A stretch of 64,000 nt of DNA from a phage: sequence record PX393110.1; one strand, given 5' to 3'. Both the position numbers and the translations under genes were made by a program. Of this stretch, positions 28,952 through 40,048 are shown in pieces. The stretch's first letter is position 1. Every line of letters starts with the position of its first letter. A model generated the notes under the pieces. It did not search any database. It was not told the origin of the DNA and saw only the letters and a list, made by a program, of their open reading frames with translations.

Positions 28952-31936
28952 ATGTCTTATAATCCGATCTTAGAAGGATCAACCTGGCCGGAGACTATTC
29001 GTCGCTTAGAAAAGACGGATAGGGCGGAAGGTGGGCCACTAGTTACTAATTCTGAGGATGAACCAGTATCTGGACATATTAATCATCCAATAACTCAGTT
29101 AGCTACCAGAACTTCCATTTTAAAAAAGTATAATTTATCGATAATTAATAACACTAAAGAACAGTGGAAATTATTACTCGGTGACTTAGGACTAACTCTT
29201 GTTGGTACTTTTGAAGAAGGCGCTACTACTAACAGCAAGACTGATGCTGTTTGGCATATTGCTGGTGGTCAGTGTTACGTGTGGGGTGGTTTACTCCCTA
29301 AGACTGTATATGCTAACTCCACACCGCTAACTACTGGTGGTATCTCTGCTGATGCTTGGGTTAGTATTGGTGATGCCGCACTGCGAGGGCAAATATCAGA
29401 CCCGGACGGTGCGACAAAATACCCTGAATTGCAGATTGCTAGATGGCGTGACACTTTTGACCCTCGCGGTTGGGGAGCTAAAGGTGATGGATTAGTTGAT
29501 GATACTGTGGCTCTTAATAATCTGTTAAACGCTGCGCCAGTGGGTCAGAAAATTAATGGTAACGGTAGAACCTATAAAGTATCTGTGCTTCCAGATATTA
29601 GCCGATTCGTCAACACTCGTTTCGTTTATGAGCGTATTCCTGGCCAGACGCTTTATTATGTGTCTGACGAGTTTGTTCAGGGTGAGTTAATTAAAATAAC
29701 CGACACGCCTTATTACAATGCCTGGCCGCAGGATAAAGCGTTCGTTTACGACGATGTTATTTACTGTCCGTTCATGGCTAGCGATCGGCACGGGGTTAGC
29801 AGGCTGCATGTATCCTGGGTTCGCTCAGGTGATGACGGACAGACCTGGACGACCCCGGAGTGGCTAACCGACCTGCACCCTAATTACCCGACAGTTAACT
29901 ATCACTGTATGAGTATGGGTGTGATGCGCAACCGCCTATTTGCGATGATTGAAACCCGTACATTGGCATCTAACGCACTGGTGACTTGCGAGTTATGGGA
30001 TCGGCCCATGTCCCGTAACTACCATCCGACAGGTGGCATCACAAAAGCCGCCAACCAGCCTGTGGCTGTAATTACCATCCCTGAACACGGTCTTTTTGCT
30101 GGGGATTTTGTTAACTTCTCAAACTCTGGGGTGACTGGCGTTTCAGGGAATATGACTGTAACTTCAGTTATTGACCGCAACACGTTTACAGTTACCACGC
30201 CAAATCAACAAGCATTCGACCAAAATAACTCTACCAGCCGCTGGCATATGGGGACATCGTTCCATCAGTCACCATGGCGTAAAACCAGCCTTGGATTGAT
30301 CCCCATGGTTACCGAGGTTCACAGTTTTACCGCCATCAATAACGATTCATTCATGATGGGATATCACCAGGGTGATGTTGCTCCGCGTGAAGTCGGTATG
30401 TTGTATTTTCCGGATGCGTTCAACAATCCTGGGCTTTATCAGAAACGGCATATTCCTGCTGAATATGAGCCAGATGCGGCAGAACCCTGCGTTAAGTATT
30501 TTGACGGTGTTCTTTATGTTGTAACCCGTGGAACCAGGTCTGATCGTCTTGGTAGTTCTCTGCATCGCAGTAGCGACCTGGGGATTACCTGGCAATCACT
30601 GAGGTTTCCGAATAACGTCCACCACTCTACCCTGCCATTCGCTAAGGTAGGAAACGAACTGATTCTTTTCGGCACCGAACGCGCCGACAACGAGTGGGAA
30701 GCAAACGCACCGGATCAACGATATTTCAGTTCTTACCCACGGACGTTCTACACGAGAGTGAACCTCGACACCTGGAACCTGAATAATACTCAGTGGGTAA
30801 ATATCACTGATCAGATTTATCAGGGTGGTATTGTTAACTCTGGCGTCGGTGTCGGATCGGTCGTCGTGAAAGATAGTTATATCTATTACATGTTCGGTGG
30901 GGAAGACCATCTGAACCCATGGACATATGGAGATAACTTAGAGAAAGACCCATTCAAATCAGACGGTCATCCCTCAGATTTGTATTGTTACAAAATGCAG
31001 ATCGGTCCAGACAATCGTGTTTCTCGTGATTTCAGGTACGGTGCTGTACCTGACAGAGCGGTTCCAGTGTTTTTTGATACGAATGGAATTCGCACTGTTC
31101 CTGCGCCTATGGAGTTCACCGGTGATTTAGGGTTAGGTCATGTGACCATTAGAGCCAGCACCAGTAATAACGTTCGCTCTGAAGTTTTAATGGAAGGTGA
31201 GTATGGGTTTATTGGGAAATCTGTACCTACTAATAACCCAGCAGGACAGCGCACCATATTTTGCGGTGGCGAAGGAACCAGTTCTTCTACTGGTGCACAG
31301 ATTACGCTTTATGGTGCTAATAACACAGCTTCTCGCAGGATAGTTTACAACGGAGCTGAGCATCTGTTCCAGACTGCTGACGTTAAGCCTTATAACGATA
31401 ACGCGATTGCGCTCGGTGGGCCTAGCAACCGATTCACTACTGCATACCTCGGAAGCAACCCTATTGTTACTTCTAACGGGGAGAAGAAAACAGAGCCGGT
31501 ATTTTTTGACGATGCTTTTTTAGATGCTTGGGGCGACGTTCATTACATCATGTACCAGTGGTTGGATTCTGTACACTTGAAAGGAAATGACGCTAGAATT
31601 CATTTTGGCGTAATTGCTCAGCAGATCCGCGATGTATTCATTGCTCACGGTCTGATGGATGAGAATAGCACGGATTGCCGCTATGCCGTTCTGTGTTACG
31701 ACAAATATCCTCGCATGACAGACATGGTGTTCTCTCACAATGAAATCGTTGAACACACTGACGAGGAGGGTAATGTAACTACCACGGAAGAACCTGTATA
31801 CACCGAGGTGGTTATTCACGAAGAGGGTGAGGAGTGGGGTGTGCGGCCTGATGGAATTTTCTTTGCTGAGGCAGCATTCCAGAGAAGAAGACTGGAGAGA
31901 ATCGAAGCCAGACTTTCCGATCTTGAAAAGAAATAG
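28952..31936 (+). CDS. sialidase-like tailspike (endosialidase-like) with C-terminal intramolecular chaperone domain
   Basis: 994 aa; two Asp-box motifs (SGDDGQTW, SSDLGITW); GAKGDG motif; C-terminal S74-like chaperone region; distinct codon usage. Confidence 0.7.
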   Translation: MSYNPILEGSTWPETIRRLEKTDRAEGGPLVTNSEDEPVSGHINHPITQLATRTSILKKYNLSIINNTKEQWKLLLGDLGLTLVGTFEEGATTNSKTDAVWHIAGGQCYVWGGLLPKTVYANSTPLTTGGISADAWVSIGDAALRGQISDPDGATKYPELQIARWRDTFDPRGWGAKGDGLVDDTVALNNLLNAAPVGQKINGNGRTYKVSVLPDISRFVNTRFVYERIPGQTLYYVSDEFVQGELIKITDTPYYNAWPQDKAFVYDDVIYCPFMASDRHGVSRLHVSWVRSGDDGQTWTTPEWLTDLHPNYPTVNYHCMSMGVMRNRLFAMIETRTLASNALVTCELWDRPMSRNYHPTGGITKAANQPVAVITIPEHGLFAGDFVNFSNSGVTGVSGNMTVTSVIDRNTFTVTTPNQQAFDQNNSTSRWHMGTSFHQSPWRKTSLGLIPMVTEVHSFTAINNDSFMMGYHQGDVAPREVGMLYFPDAFNNPGLYQKRHIPAEYEPDAAEPCVKYFDGVLYVVTRGTRSDRLGSSLHRSSDLGITWQSLRFPNNVHHSTLPFAKVGNELILFGTERADNEWEANAPDQRYFSSYPRTFYTRVNLDTWNLNNTQWVNITDQIYQGGIVNSGVGVGSVVVKDSYIYYMFGGEDHLNPWTYGDNLEKDPFKSDGHPSDLYCYKMQIGPDNRVSRDFRYGAVPDRAVPVFFDTNGIRTVPAPMEFTGDLGLGHVTIRASTSNNVRSEVLMEGEYGFIGKSVPTNNPAGQRTIFCGGEGTSSSTGAQITLYGANNTASRRIVYNGAEHLFQTADVKPYNDNAIALGGPSNRFTTAYLGSNPIVTSNGEKKTEPVFFDDAFLDAWGDVHYIMYQWLDSVHLKGNDARIHFGVIAQQIRDVFIAHGLMDENSTDCRYAVLCYDKYPRMTDMVFSHNEIVEHTDEEGNVTTTEEPVYTEVVIHEEGEEWGVRPDGIFFAEAAFQRRRLERIEARLSDLEKK

Positions 31937-32056
31937 TAAATAAAGCTTTTTTACCGTAGGTAGGGGGGCTTCAATTTAAGATTTAACTTAAACCAATTAC
32001 CACTCTAAAGTTACTAAGTATTTGTACATCATGTAATATTTTTATGGAGATCACCA

Positions 32057-34678
32057 ATGGGCGGTCGTTCTAGGTTATTTAGCGAACTGGGCGGAGCTCC
32101 TCTTAATACTTATCAGCATGATAATCAGACTCTCGATATTCGCGAGTTAGAGAGTCAGCAGAAAGTATTAGACGAGACTCTTGCCGAAACAATCGGCGAT
32201 GTTAGCGAACTACAGCAGACTGCTGGACAGTCTATGTATATCCTCGGTAACTACGCTGCTGGAATGGTGATCGAGAACGACCGCCAGTACGTCAGACATG
32301 AGAATCTGCTGTACTACTGGACTGGTCCTGTACCGTTTACCACTACTGGTAACTTCTACGAAGAATCCTACTGGACTGGTGGGGTGCAGAGTGGTATCGA
32401 ATGGAGCTACGAAGTACAGGAAGATGGTGAGTTTGAGTTTGAAGTACCATACTCCTTCACCAGCGTACGCCTGTTCGTGGGTGGCGCTCGCCTTACTCGC
32501 GTAGAAGATTACACTATCGATGTGATTAATCGCAAGATCACTCTGACTAAGATTAAACTGTCGAAGGGCGTCCTGGTAACTGCCGAGCTGAATTCTCGTG
32601 ATGCTCTCAGCGTTACCCAGGATCGCATCGATAGCCTTACCAGAGAGATCTCAGAGAAAGTAGGCTTTGTTAACTACAAACTTACTGATCTGTCGGAAGG
32701 TCAGAGCCTTACCCTAACTACCAGAGTTCAGACTGTAAGCTTCTCACTAAATGGGGAGTATTACAAATGGGATGGTGTTCTTCCTAAAGTCGTTAACTAT
32801 GGAGATCCGGAACCAGCTCAATCTGAGCAGGGTACTGGTAAGTGGATTCCTGTAGGTTCTGGCGCCTTGAAATCAGAACTGGGCAAAGTCAGCGACACTA
32901 CTGGAGCGGTTCTTGTAGCTCTACCACAAGGCGGTAACGTGGCGAACGGTATTCGCTATGTAACTCCCGAAATGGCTGGTGCTAAAGGAGATGGTACCAC
33001 TGATGACACCACAGCCGTTCGTAACGTTGTAGCTCTCGCCAAATTAACTGGTCTTAAAATCACCGGTGGAGCGAACTATAAGATCTCGAATGCTTCAATC
33101 GATATCTCTGGTACTGTCATTGAGAACCTACGTCTTAAAGGAAGTGGGTCTAGCTCTATACTGCTAGTTAATGGCAATACTGCCATATCTAATCTAACCC
33201 TAAATAGGGTAGGTATTAGACACACTAACGGTATCTTAAACCTGGACAAATTTGAGATCAATGACTGTAGTGCTACTGCGGCTATTTTAAGCCTTCAGCT
33301 AACATCACCTGGACAAATATTTCTCACCAATGGTGTTATGCGTCGTTGTAATTACGGTTACCTTCGTCAGGGATCTCCAGCTTCTTCCCAGCCGCTGACT
33401 ACTTCATTACTTCGGAATTTACAATTCTTCGATATGAAGGGTGATCCAATCGAGATCAATCTGGCGATAGCTGATACCAACACTACTATCGATCAAATAA
33501 CCATAGATAACGTGGACTCCACAGCTACCGGGAATACTAACTGGGGTATTGCTATAGGCTTAGCTGGGATGGGTAACTACTCACCCACTGCCGCAGACTC
33601 AGAGTACATGTCTGATGTAACCATAAGTAATATTAAGATTACCGGAGCCAAACAGTGTCTGCACTTGGAGAAATGCAGAAACATTAGAATCAGAAATATC
33701 GACATACATCCGGATTCCACTAAGTCAACCGGAGTTGGGTTGGATACTGGTGGTTTCATAGCTTATGGATGTAAAGAGATATACGTGGATGGTGTAACTG
33801 GGTCTCCAACCAACGGAACGGAAGATATGATTCGTTTCGCTTGGGGATCTGTTAACAATGCGTTTACCTTCGCTCATCGAAATGTGCACTTAAGAAACGT
33901 CAATGTAACAGGTACTGTTAAAGTGGAGGTTAGCTGTTCTGATACCCTAGCTTCGACTGTAGAGATGAGAAATATCAATGCAACAACGATATCTCTCCAA
34001 GGCATGGCGTCTGAATACCAGCTGTCAGATTGGTCCGCTGAGAAGATGGTGTTGGATTTCAGATATGTTAGCGGAGATGCTAGAGATAATTACCGTAGAA
34101 ATGCGTGGTCAATTGCTACCATCAGTAATTTGAAATGCCTGAATTCTAACACTGGCGCTCCTGAGGTTACTGTACAGAACATCACTGTGGATACATTGGA
34201 AGTTTCTGGGTGTAACTTCCCTATCCAGAAGACTTTAACTGCTACCCATTGGAGAGGAACTCCTGCATGGCGGCAGAATGGTATTATTTACCACTCTAAG
34301 ACCGGAACTCCTTATGGCATGGCTCTTCTTGCTGGTGACACTATCGTTGCTAGTGACGGAACTATGTTCACGGTGACCTCCCCTGGAGCTCTGTTCTACT
34401 CAAACGAAACTGTTGCGGCCGCTACTGCTGGGTCTAACGCTATTCGTTCTAAAACTAACCTTAACTGGACTGGTCAGTATTATAAGACTGCTGGGTGTAA
34501 GGTTAAAATAGCAGGAGGTGGAGGTGCTGACGGCTCTGATTACATCGGTACTATTGTCCGCAGTGGTTATATTAACAGTGGTAATTACTACTTTGATGTT
34601 TACCCACCACTTCAGTCTAACGTACCTGATGGCGCAGTATTAACTTCCGTAGAAGTACCAGCCTTTAAAACAGTTTAA
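32057..34678 (+). CDS. tailspike protein (pectate-lyase-like beta-helix)
   Basis: 873 aa; GAKGDGTTDDTTAV motif typical of pectate_lyase_3-type tailspikes; internal YKWDGVLPK module. Confidence 0.65.
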   Translation: MGGRSRLFSELGGAPLNTYQHDNQTLDIRELESQQKVLDETLAETIGDVSELQQTAGQSMYILGNYAAGMVIENDRQYVRHENLLYYWTGPVPFTTTGNFYEESYWTGGVQSGIEWSYEVQEDGEFEFEVPYSFTSVRLFVGGARLTRVEDYTIDVINRKITLTKIKLSKGVLVTAELNSRDALSVTQDRIDSLTREISEKVGFVNYKLTDLSEGQSLTLTTRVQTVSFSLNGEYYKWDGVLPKVVNYGDPEPAQSEQGTGKWIPVGSGALKSELGKVSDTTGAVLVALPQGGNVANGIRYVTPEMAGAKGDGTTDDTTAVRNVVALAKLTGLKITGGANYKISNASIDISGTVIENLRLKGSGSSSILLVNGNTAISNLTLNRVGIRHTNGILNLDKFEINDCSATAAILSLQLTSPGQIFLTNGVMRRCNYGYLRQGSPASSQPLTTSLLRNLQFFDMKGDPIEINLAIADTNTTIDQITIDNVDSTATGNTNWGIAIGLAGMGNYSPTAADSEYMSDVTISNIKITGAKQCLHLEKCRNIRIRNIDIHPDSTKSTGVGLDTGGFIAYGCKEIYVDGVTGSPTNGTEDMIRFAWGSVNNAFTFAHRNVHLRNVNVTGTVKVEVSCSDTLASTVEMRNINATTISLQGMASEYQLSDWSAEKMVLDFRYVSGDARDNYRRNAWSIATISNLKCLNSNTGAPEVTVQNITVDTLEVSGCNFPIQKTLTATHWRGTPAWRQNGIIYHSKTGTPYGMALLAGDTIVASDGTMFTVTSPGALFYSNETVAAATAGSNAIRSKTNLNWTGQYYKTAGCKVKIAGGGGADGSDYIGTIVRSGYINSGNYYFDVYPPLQSNVPDGAVLTSVEVPAFKTV

Positions 34679-34702
34679 TAGATTAAACTGAGGAGATTAT
34701 TG

Positions 34703-36154
34703 ATGTCCACCCAATTGCCAGATAGTCTGCAGCCAAGCAGCCTTAAGTATAAAGGTGACTATGCGGCTGGTATTTACCTTAACGGAAACCACTGCATCCT
34801 TCGCTTTGTACGCACTGATGGTAAGAAGGTGTTGGTTAAGTGGGTGGGGGAAGTCCCCCACACCACCGACGGCGAGACTCCGTATACCGATACCGACCAA
34901 ACTACTCTTAAAGCTGGTTACGAGCTCTTCTCCCAGACGAATGCAGTAGACTTCATTATTTCAATGTTCAGTTCCTCCACATCCTGGCGCTATATCGGCC
35001 AGGTTAACTCTGTGGAAGATCTGAAGACTATCACTCCTAAGGATGGCGATCGAGTGATAGTTAAAGGCTACTTCGGGGAAGGTACTCCCGGAGGTGGTGA
35101 GTTCCGAGTTAAGACTACCAATGACTCTATTCCTTCGGACAGTAAGGATGTAGTCAATGGTTGGGTACGAGTTCGTCGTAGCAAGGAGTATCACGCTACC
35201 GAGTTTGGTGCTGTTCCTGATAAGTTAACTGACTCTACTGGTCAGGTTCAGGATATGCTCACTACTATCACCACTGGTCTGGCTATAATTGATCCTGGTG
35301 TTAAGTATACCCTAGCTAACTTAACTATCAAGCCTGGCGTCCAGATTCTGGATATGTCTGGATGGGACGGTAGTTCATGGACGGCTGCAGTGAGATTCAT
35401 CAGTAACTCTACTGATGGGTTGATAATCTCTTCTGCATCCAATGCTAACCTTAACCTCAACAGTAACAACGGGTTAGCCAGAGCTAAGGTATCTTACAGC
35501 GTAAGCGGAACTAAGATCTGGGAATCGGGTATGAGCGATGACTCTAACCGAGACTGGCATGTTCTTCGAGGATCTGAGTCTCGTTACCGTGTGGTATCTG
35601 CTTCCCAGGCTCACGCATGGAACAGAGATACCATAGTTGAAGGTGTCGATTACCACTACGGTAAGAGAGCATCTGAGAATCATGTTCTTCGCTACGATGC
35701 AGTGAGTACTGGCTATGATATCATTCATACCTATTACCACGGTACCACTCTCACCTCTAAGATAACCCATAAAGGCGATGGATCAGTAATCCTGACCCAG
35801 AATGGTAAGGATACCATCAAGATAGTAGATGGTGTAATGACTGGTGCCCTGAAGAAGATCATCACGTCTACAGCTAACGTAACTCTTACTGCAGCTGATA
35901 CTGGTGCTATTTGCACTACTGATGGTGCCACTTCTTCGGTTACCATTACCCTGCCAGTAGCTGTTCCTGGTATGACCTATGATGTACTCGTAGGTGCCAA
36001 CTACAGCGTATCAGTGAAAACTGGCGGTACAGATCTCTTCCGTAATGGGAACGCTACTGTTTCTAACTCGGATAAGGGATCCTGGTTACGCTTAGTTTGC
36101 GCTATCTCCGGTTACTGGGAGATGGATACTGTTCAGGGTACCTGGGCAAGTTAA
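34703..36154 (+). CDS. tail fiber/tailspike protein
   Basis: ATG at 34703 after GAGGAG RBS; 483 aa; beta-rich, anchor-like N-terminus. Confidence 0.55.
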   Translation: MSTQLPDSLQPSSLKYKGDYAAGIYLNGNHCILRFVRTDGKKVLVKWVGEVPHTTDGETPYTDTDQTTLKAGYELFSQTNAVDFIISMFSSSTSWRYIGQVNSVEDLKTITPKDGDRVIVKGYFGEGTPGGGEFRVKTTNDSIPSDSKDVVNGWVRVRRSKEYHATEFGAVPDKLTDSTGQVQDMLTTITTGLAIIDPGVKYTLANLTIKPGVQILDMSGWDGSSWTAAVRFISNSTDGLIISSASNANLNLNSNNGLARAKVSYSVSGTKIWESGMSDDSNRDWHVLRGSESRYRVVSASQAHAWNRDTIVEGVDYHYGKRASENHVLRYDAVSTGYDIIHTYYHGTTLTSKITHKGDGSVILTQNGKDTIKIVDGVMTGALKKIITSTANVTLTAADTGAICTTDGATSSVTITLPVAVPGMTYDVLVGANYSVSVKTGGTDLFRNGNATVSNSDKGSWLRLVCAISGYWEMDTVQGTWAS

Positions 36155-36170
36155 TTAAACGGAGACTACT

Positions 36171-36992
36171 ATGTCCTTTATGGTATTGGCCGAAAGTGGC
36201 CACATAGCTTTAGCTAAAACGGTGCATGATGCAAATCTGCACTTTGCATGGGGCACCATCCCAGATGCTGTAGCTGCTCCAGAAACCATGTCTGCCTCCG
36301 CGGTAGATGGTGGTACTCTGGATCCTGCCACGTATACTTATGTGGTTACTGCAGCCAACAAATTCGGTGAAACCACCGCATCCATGGCTGCTACTGCTAC
36401 TATCGTTGCTTCGGCTTCTCAGCAGTCTATTCAGTTAAACTGGGGTGCATCTGCGAATGCTGAGAAATACATCATCTATCGCCAGGGCACCAACTCCTAT
36501 GATAAAATTGGTGAGTCTACTTCTAATACTTTTACTGATAACGGCAGCACTACTCCAGATAGCTCGGTTAATCCTCCTACGACGAACACTACATTCCCGT
36601 CTGCATGGACTAAACCAGCACCTAACCCGGACCCGTCGCTACCTGATATGTATGCTGAAGTCGGACGCCGTAAGATCCTCACCAAGGAATATGTGAAACA
36701 GGATCCTAATGGTACCATCGAGACTTCAGAAGGAAAGTGGTCTATCTCCGATAAGCCAACTAAGCATCTGTATCTGCATGTTCAGTTTAACTATACTGAT
36801 GCTCCAGATGACATGATCTACCAGTTCGCTATCTTCATAGGGACTGTACCTACTGATGGTAATGAGAATGCTCTTTACCTCACCCCAGATATGATTAAGG
36901 AAAAGGGAGAGATGCTCGGAATTGAGAACCATACCCTGATTATTCGTGAGTCCACTACCCGCGAAGGTCATTCCGTCATCCTCACGTTCTAA
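36171..36992 (+). CDS. tail fiber-associated hypothetical protein
   Basis: 273 aa; S/T/P-rich linker; lies within the fiber array. Confidence 0.45.
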   Translation: MSFMVLAESGHIALAKTVHDANLHFAWGTIPDAVAAPETMSASAVDGGTLDPATYTYVVTAANKFGETTASMAATATIVASASQQSIQLNWGASANAEKYIIYRQGTNSYDKIGESTSNTFTDNGSTTPDSSVNPPTTNTTFPSAWTKPAPNPDPSLPDMYAEVGRRKILTKEYVKQDPNGTIETSEGKWSISDKPTKHLYLHVQFNYTDAPDDMIYQFAIFIGTVPTDGNENALYLTPDMIKEKGEMLGIENHTLIIRESTTREGHSVILTF

Positions 36993-37003
36993 CGGAGTAA
37001 TAA

Positions 37004-40000
37004 ATGGCAACTTTACCGTCTGATTACTTTAACAGATTCGCGGCTAAGAAGAACTATGCCAAGCATCTGTTTATCGCGGACAGACCGCTCCAGAGCTCGG
37101 AGCTAAATGAAATTCAGGATCAGCAGCTCAATAACGTCTCTACACTGTCCGGCTTCTTGGTCGGTGATGGTGCCATTACTGATGGGGCGGATATTTCCGC
37201 TCTTGGGGACGGTGTGATCTCTATCACTGAGGGTACGTTAATCTATGCCGGTATGGCTATGAACGTACCCGCTGTTACGGATGCATCGTTCCCGACTGCT
37301 GGAGAGGCTGTTTTAGGTGTATCTATCTCTGATAAGGTAATCACCTATCTCGATGATCCTGAGCTTCTCATGCAGTATCAGAACTCTCCGAGCTATGGTT
37401 CAGCTGGTGCTGACCGTCTCCAGAAGGTGACTACTTGGCTGTTAGCCGATGATGTCCCAGAGGGAGATACCTTCTTCCCAGTATTCTACTTCAAGAATGG
37501 CGTACTGGTAAAAACCACTAAGTCTCGTAACGATCTCGACCAGTTCTCTGGTCTTCTGGGTCGCTACGACTCTGATACCCATGGTAACTACGTACTGGAT
37601 GGCCTTACTCTGTCCTATGCAGGTATCGATGGTTCCACCCAGCAGATCATGTTGAACATGGCTGCGGGCAAGGCTCGTGTACTTGGCAACGAAGCACTGT
37701 TCGCCTATGAAAGTACCGTGCGTCTGGACCCTATCAACGATACCGGTAACGTAGCTTCCGAGCCGTATGTGTTTACAGCAGGTACTTATACCTATCAATT
37801 GCGCTACTCTGTAATTGATCAGGTAACTGCTGTTTCTGGTACTAAGCAGGTAACTCGTACGGTAACTCATGGCTCCGCAACGGGTTCGTCTGACTTACTT
37901 CCGGATACTCCTGTTCTGCAGATTATTTCTGTGCAGCAGGGTGGTACTGTCTACGTTAAAGGTAGTGACTATGTACAGAACGGGGACTCTGTAGACTGGT
38001 CACCTACTGGTAACGAACCATCTCCTGGTTCTACTTATCAGGTTACGTACCAGTACATTGACCAGTTCATCCCGACCTGGAACGATACCTCTATCACTAT
38101 TTCCACCAGTGATGCTCTGGTATCTGGGTCTACGTTCTACGTAACCTACTCTTACTTCCTGTCTCGCTATGACCGTGTATCTATCGATGCCTCCGGCGCG
38201 GTGCAGATTACTAAGGGTATTCCAGCAATCCTGGCGAATGCTCAGTTGCCAGGTACTTCCGCTACGTTGCTGTCCATTGCAACTATTCGTCTGACTAAAG
38301 GTCAGGATCCGGTCATCAACAATGATCGTATCGAAGTAGTTACTTATAATGAGCTGAAAGATCTGATGTCTCTGGTAAGCGACATGCAGTACAACATCGC
38401 CCAGCTTTCGCTTCGTGATGAAACTCGCTCTACCGATCCGACTACGACTAAGAAAGGTGTGGTAGTTGACTCTCTGCTTAACGGTAACATGCGTGATGAT
38501 GGTCTTACCAACAACGCCATCGTTGATGAAGGTCAGCTGTTCATCGGAGCATCTTTCTCTCGTCAGTCTAGCCTGGCTCCTGATGGTCTTATGTTATCGT
38601 TTACCGATACCGTAATTCAGTCTCAGGAATTCCGTACCAAGGATACTCGCATCAACCCGTATGCTGGTTCCGGCCAGGTACCTCAGGCGATGATCTCTGT
38701 GTCTCCAGCTAAGATCGATACTCGTGGCTTCTGGTCGTACTTCCATGGTGGATTCCTGCCAGTGGATACTACGATTACGATTAAGCTGTCTGGGTATGCT
38801 GCTAATGAGCAGATTGATCTTACGTTCCGTAACCTCGCAGTGGTTACCTTGGTTGCGGATGACAACGGTACAGCACAGTATGCTCATATGCTATCTGGTG
38901 GCTTGATTAACGGTACGTATCAGTATGTTGCTACCGGTAAGACTACTAAGGCTGTGACTCGCGGTACAGTAACCATCTACAACTCCGGTAGGGTCGACTA
39001 CGGTCAGAACTGGACTGGTGGTGCTGTGCCATGGGGTTACGACCCAGTAGCTCAGACTTTCACTATCCAGGCTACTCGTGATATTAACGCAGTGTCTATC
39101 TACCTAACTGAACTGCCTACTAACACGCTCCAGATTAAACTGGTTCCGACTAAGGTCGGTATTCCGGACTCTACCCAGCTTTACGGCTTCGGTGAAGTTC
39201 CGGCTAATAAATGCGTGCTGGGATGGAACAAGATCAATCTTCGTTATCCAGTAACGGTAACTGGCGGTACTGAGTACTCCATCATCGTCGCTACGGCTAA
39301 CTATCAGGGTAAGGTGGCTACAGCTAAGATTAACGGGTACGATACCGATAAGAAACAGTATGTAGTGAATCAGCCAGCGCAGGGTGTACTGTTAACTTCT
39401 GCGAACGAATCTACCTGGTCTCCGGTTCAGGATGAAGACTTGATGTATCGTCTCCATGCCACTAACTATGGCTCTACCCGTACCGTGAACTTAGGTTCTG
39501 TAACAGTAGCTAGCAATACCAACAGTCTGTCACTGACTGCTGATATTGAGACTCCGGCAAATACCTCCGTGAGATTCTACCTCACTAACGGTACTGATAA
39601 CATTAACCTCAACGTTAACTCTGAAACGTACACTGAGAACTTCTCTGGTACTTTCAGTCTGATGGCAGAGTTTAATACTGGTGATCCTACTGTATCTCCG
39701 AAGGTCTTCGGTGGCGTCATCTTCCGTTCTGGCACTACTGATACTCCTGGGGTATATACCCAGCGTCAGTTCAGTATTCCTAACGGTAACGTTACTCCGG
39801 TAACGCTTAACGTCATCCTGGATCAGTATGTGCCATCTGGTGCCAGCGTAACTGTTCAGTACCAGAATGGTAGTAACTGGGTAGCCTTGACTGGGGGCAC
39901 CGGAACCGCTCTGGGAGATGGGTGGTATACCGTACCTTACAAACTGTCAGGAGTCAATGTGGCTAATACCCGCATCCGTATCATCCTGTCTCTGTCTAAC

Positions 40001-40048
40001 CCAGTTAACCGTCCGTTCGTTAAGAACGTTCGCGCATACTTTAGCTAA
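37004..40048 (+). CDS. large tail fiber/baseplate attachment protein
   Basis: 1014 aa; long beta-rich G/T/S/V-rich protein at end of fiber array. Confidence 0.55.
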   Translation: MATLPSDYFNRFAAKKNYAKHLFIADRPLQSSELNEIQDQQLNNVSTLSGFLVGDGAITDGADISALGDGVISITEGTLIYAGMAMNVPAVTDASFPTAGEAVLGVSISDKVITYLDDPELLMQYQNSPSYGSAGADRLQKVTTWLLADDVPEGDTFFPVFYFKNGVLVKTTKSRNDLDQFSGLLGRYDSDTHGNYVLDGLTLSYAGIDGSTQQIMLNMAAGKARVLGNEALFAYESTVRLDPINDTGNVASEPYVFTAGTYTYQLRYSVIDQVTAVSGTKQVTRTVTHGSATGSSDLLPDTPVLQIISVQQGGTVYVKGSDYVQNGDSVDWSPTGNEPSPGSTYQVTYQYIDQFIPTWNDTSITISTSDALVSGSTFYVTYSYFLSRYDRVSIDASGAVQITKGIPAILANAQLPGTSATLLSIATIRLTKGQDPVINNDRIEVVTYNELKDLMSLVSDMQYNIAQLSLRDETRSTDPTTTKKGVVVDSLLNGNMRDDGLTNNAIVDEGQLFIGASFSRQSSLAPDGLMLSFTDTVIQSQEFRTKDTRINPYAGSGQVPQAMISVSPAKIDTRGFWSYFHGGFLPVDTTITIKLSGYAANEQIDLTFRNLAVVTLVADDNGTAQYAHMLSGGLINGTYQYVATGKTTKAVTRGTVTIYNSGRVDYGQNWTGGAVPWGYDPVAQTFTIQATRDINAVSIYLTELPTNTLQIKLVPTKVGIPDSTQLYGFGEVPANKCVLGWNKINLRYPVTVTGGTEYSIIVATANYQGKVATAKINGYDTDKKQYVVNQPAQGVLLTSANESTWSPVQDEDLMYRLHATNYGSTRTVNLGSVTVASNTNSLSLTADIETPANTSVRFYLTNGTDNINLNVNSETYTENFSGTFSLMAEFNTGDPTVSPKVFGGVIFRSGTTDTPGVYTQRQFSIPNGNVTPVTLNVILDQYVPSGASVTVQYQNGSNWVALTGGTGTALGDGWYTVPYKLSGVNVANTRIRIILSLSNPVNRPFVKNVRAYFS

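Noticed and set aside
31956-31968. TAGGTAGGGG element seen upstream of two plus-strand genes (31956 and 40243)
   Set aside because: Only two copies found and no consistent spacing to start codons; insufficient to call a motif
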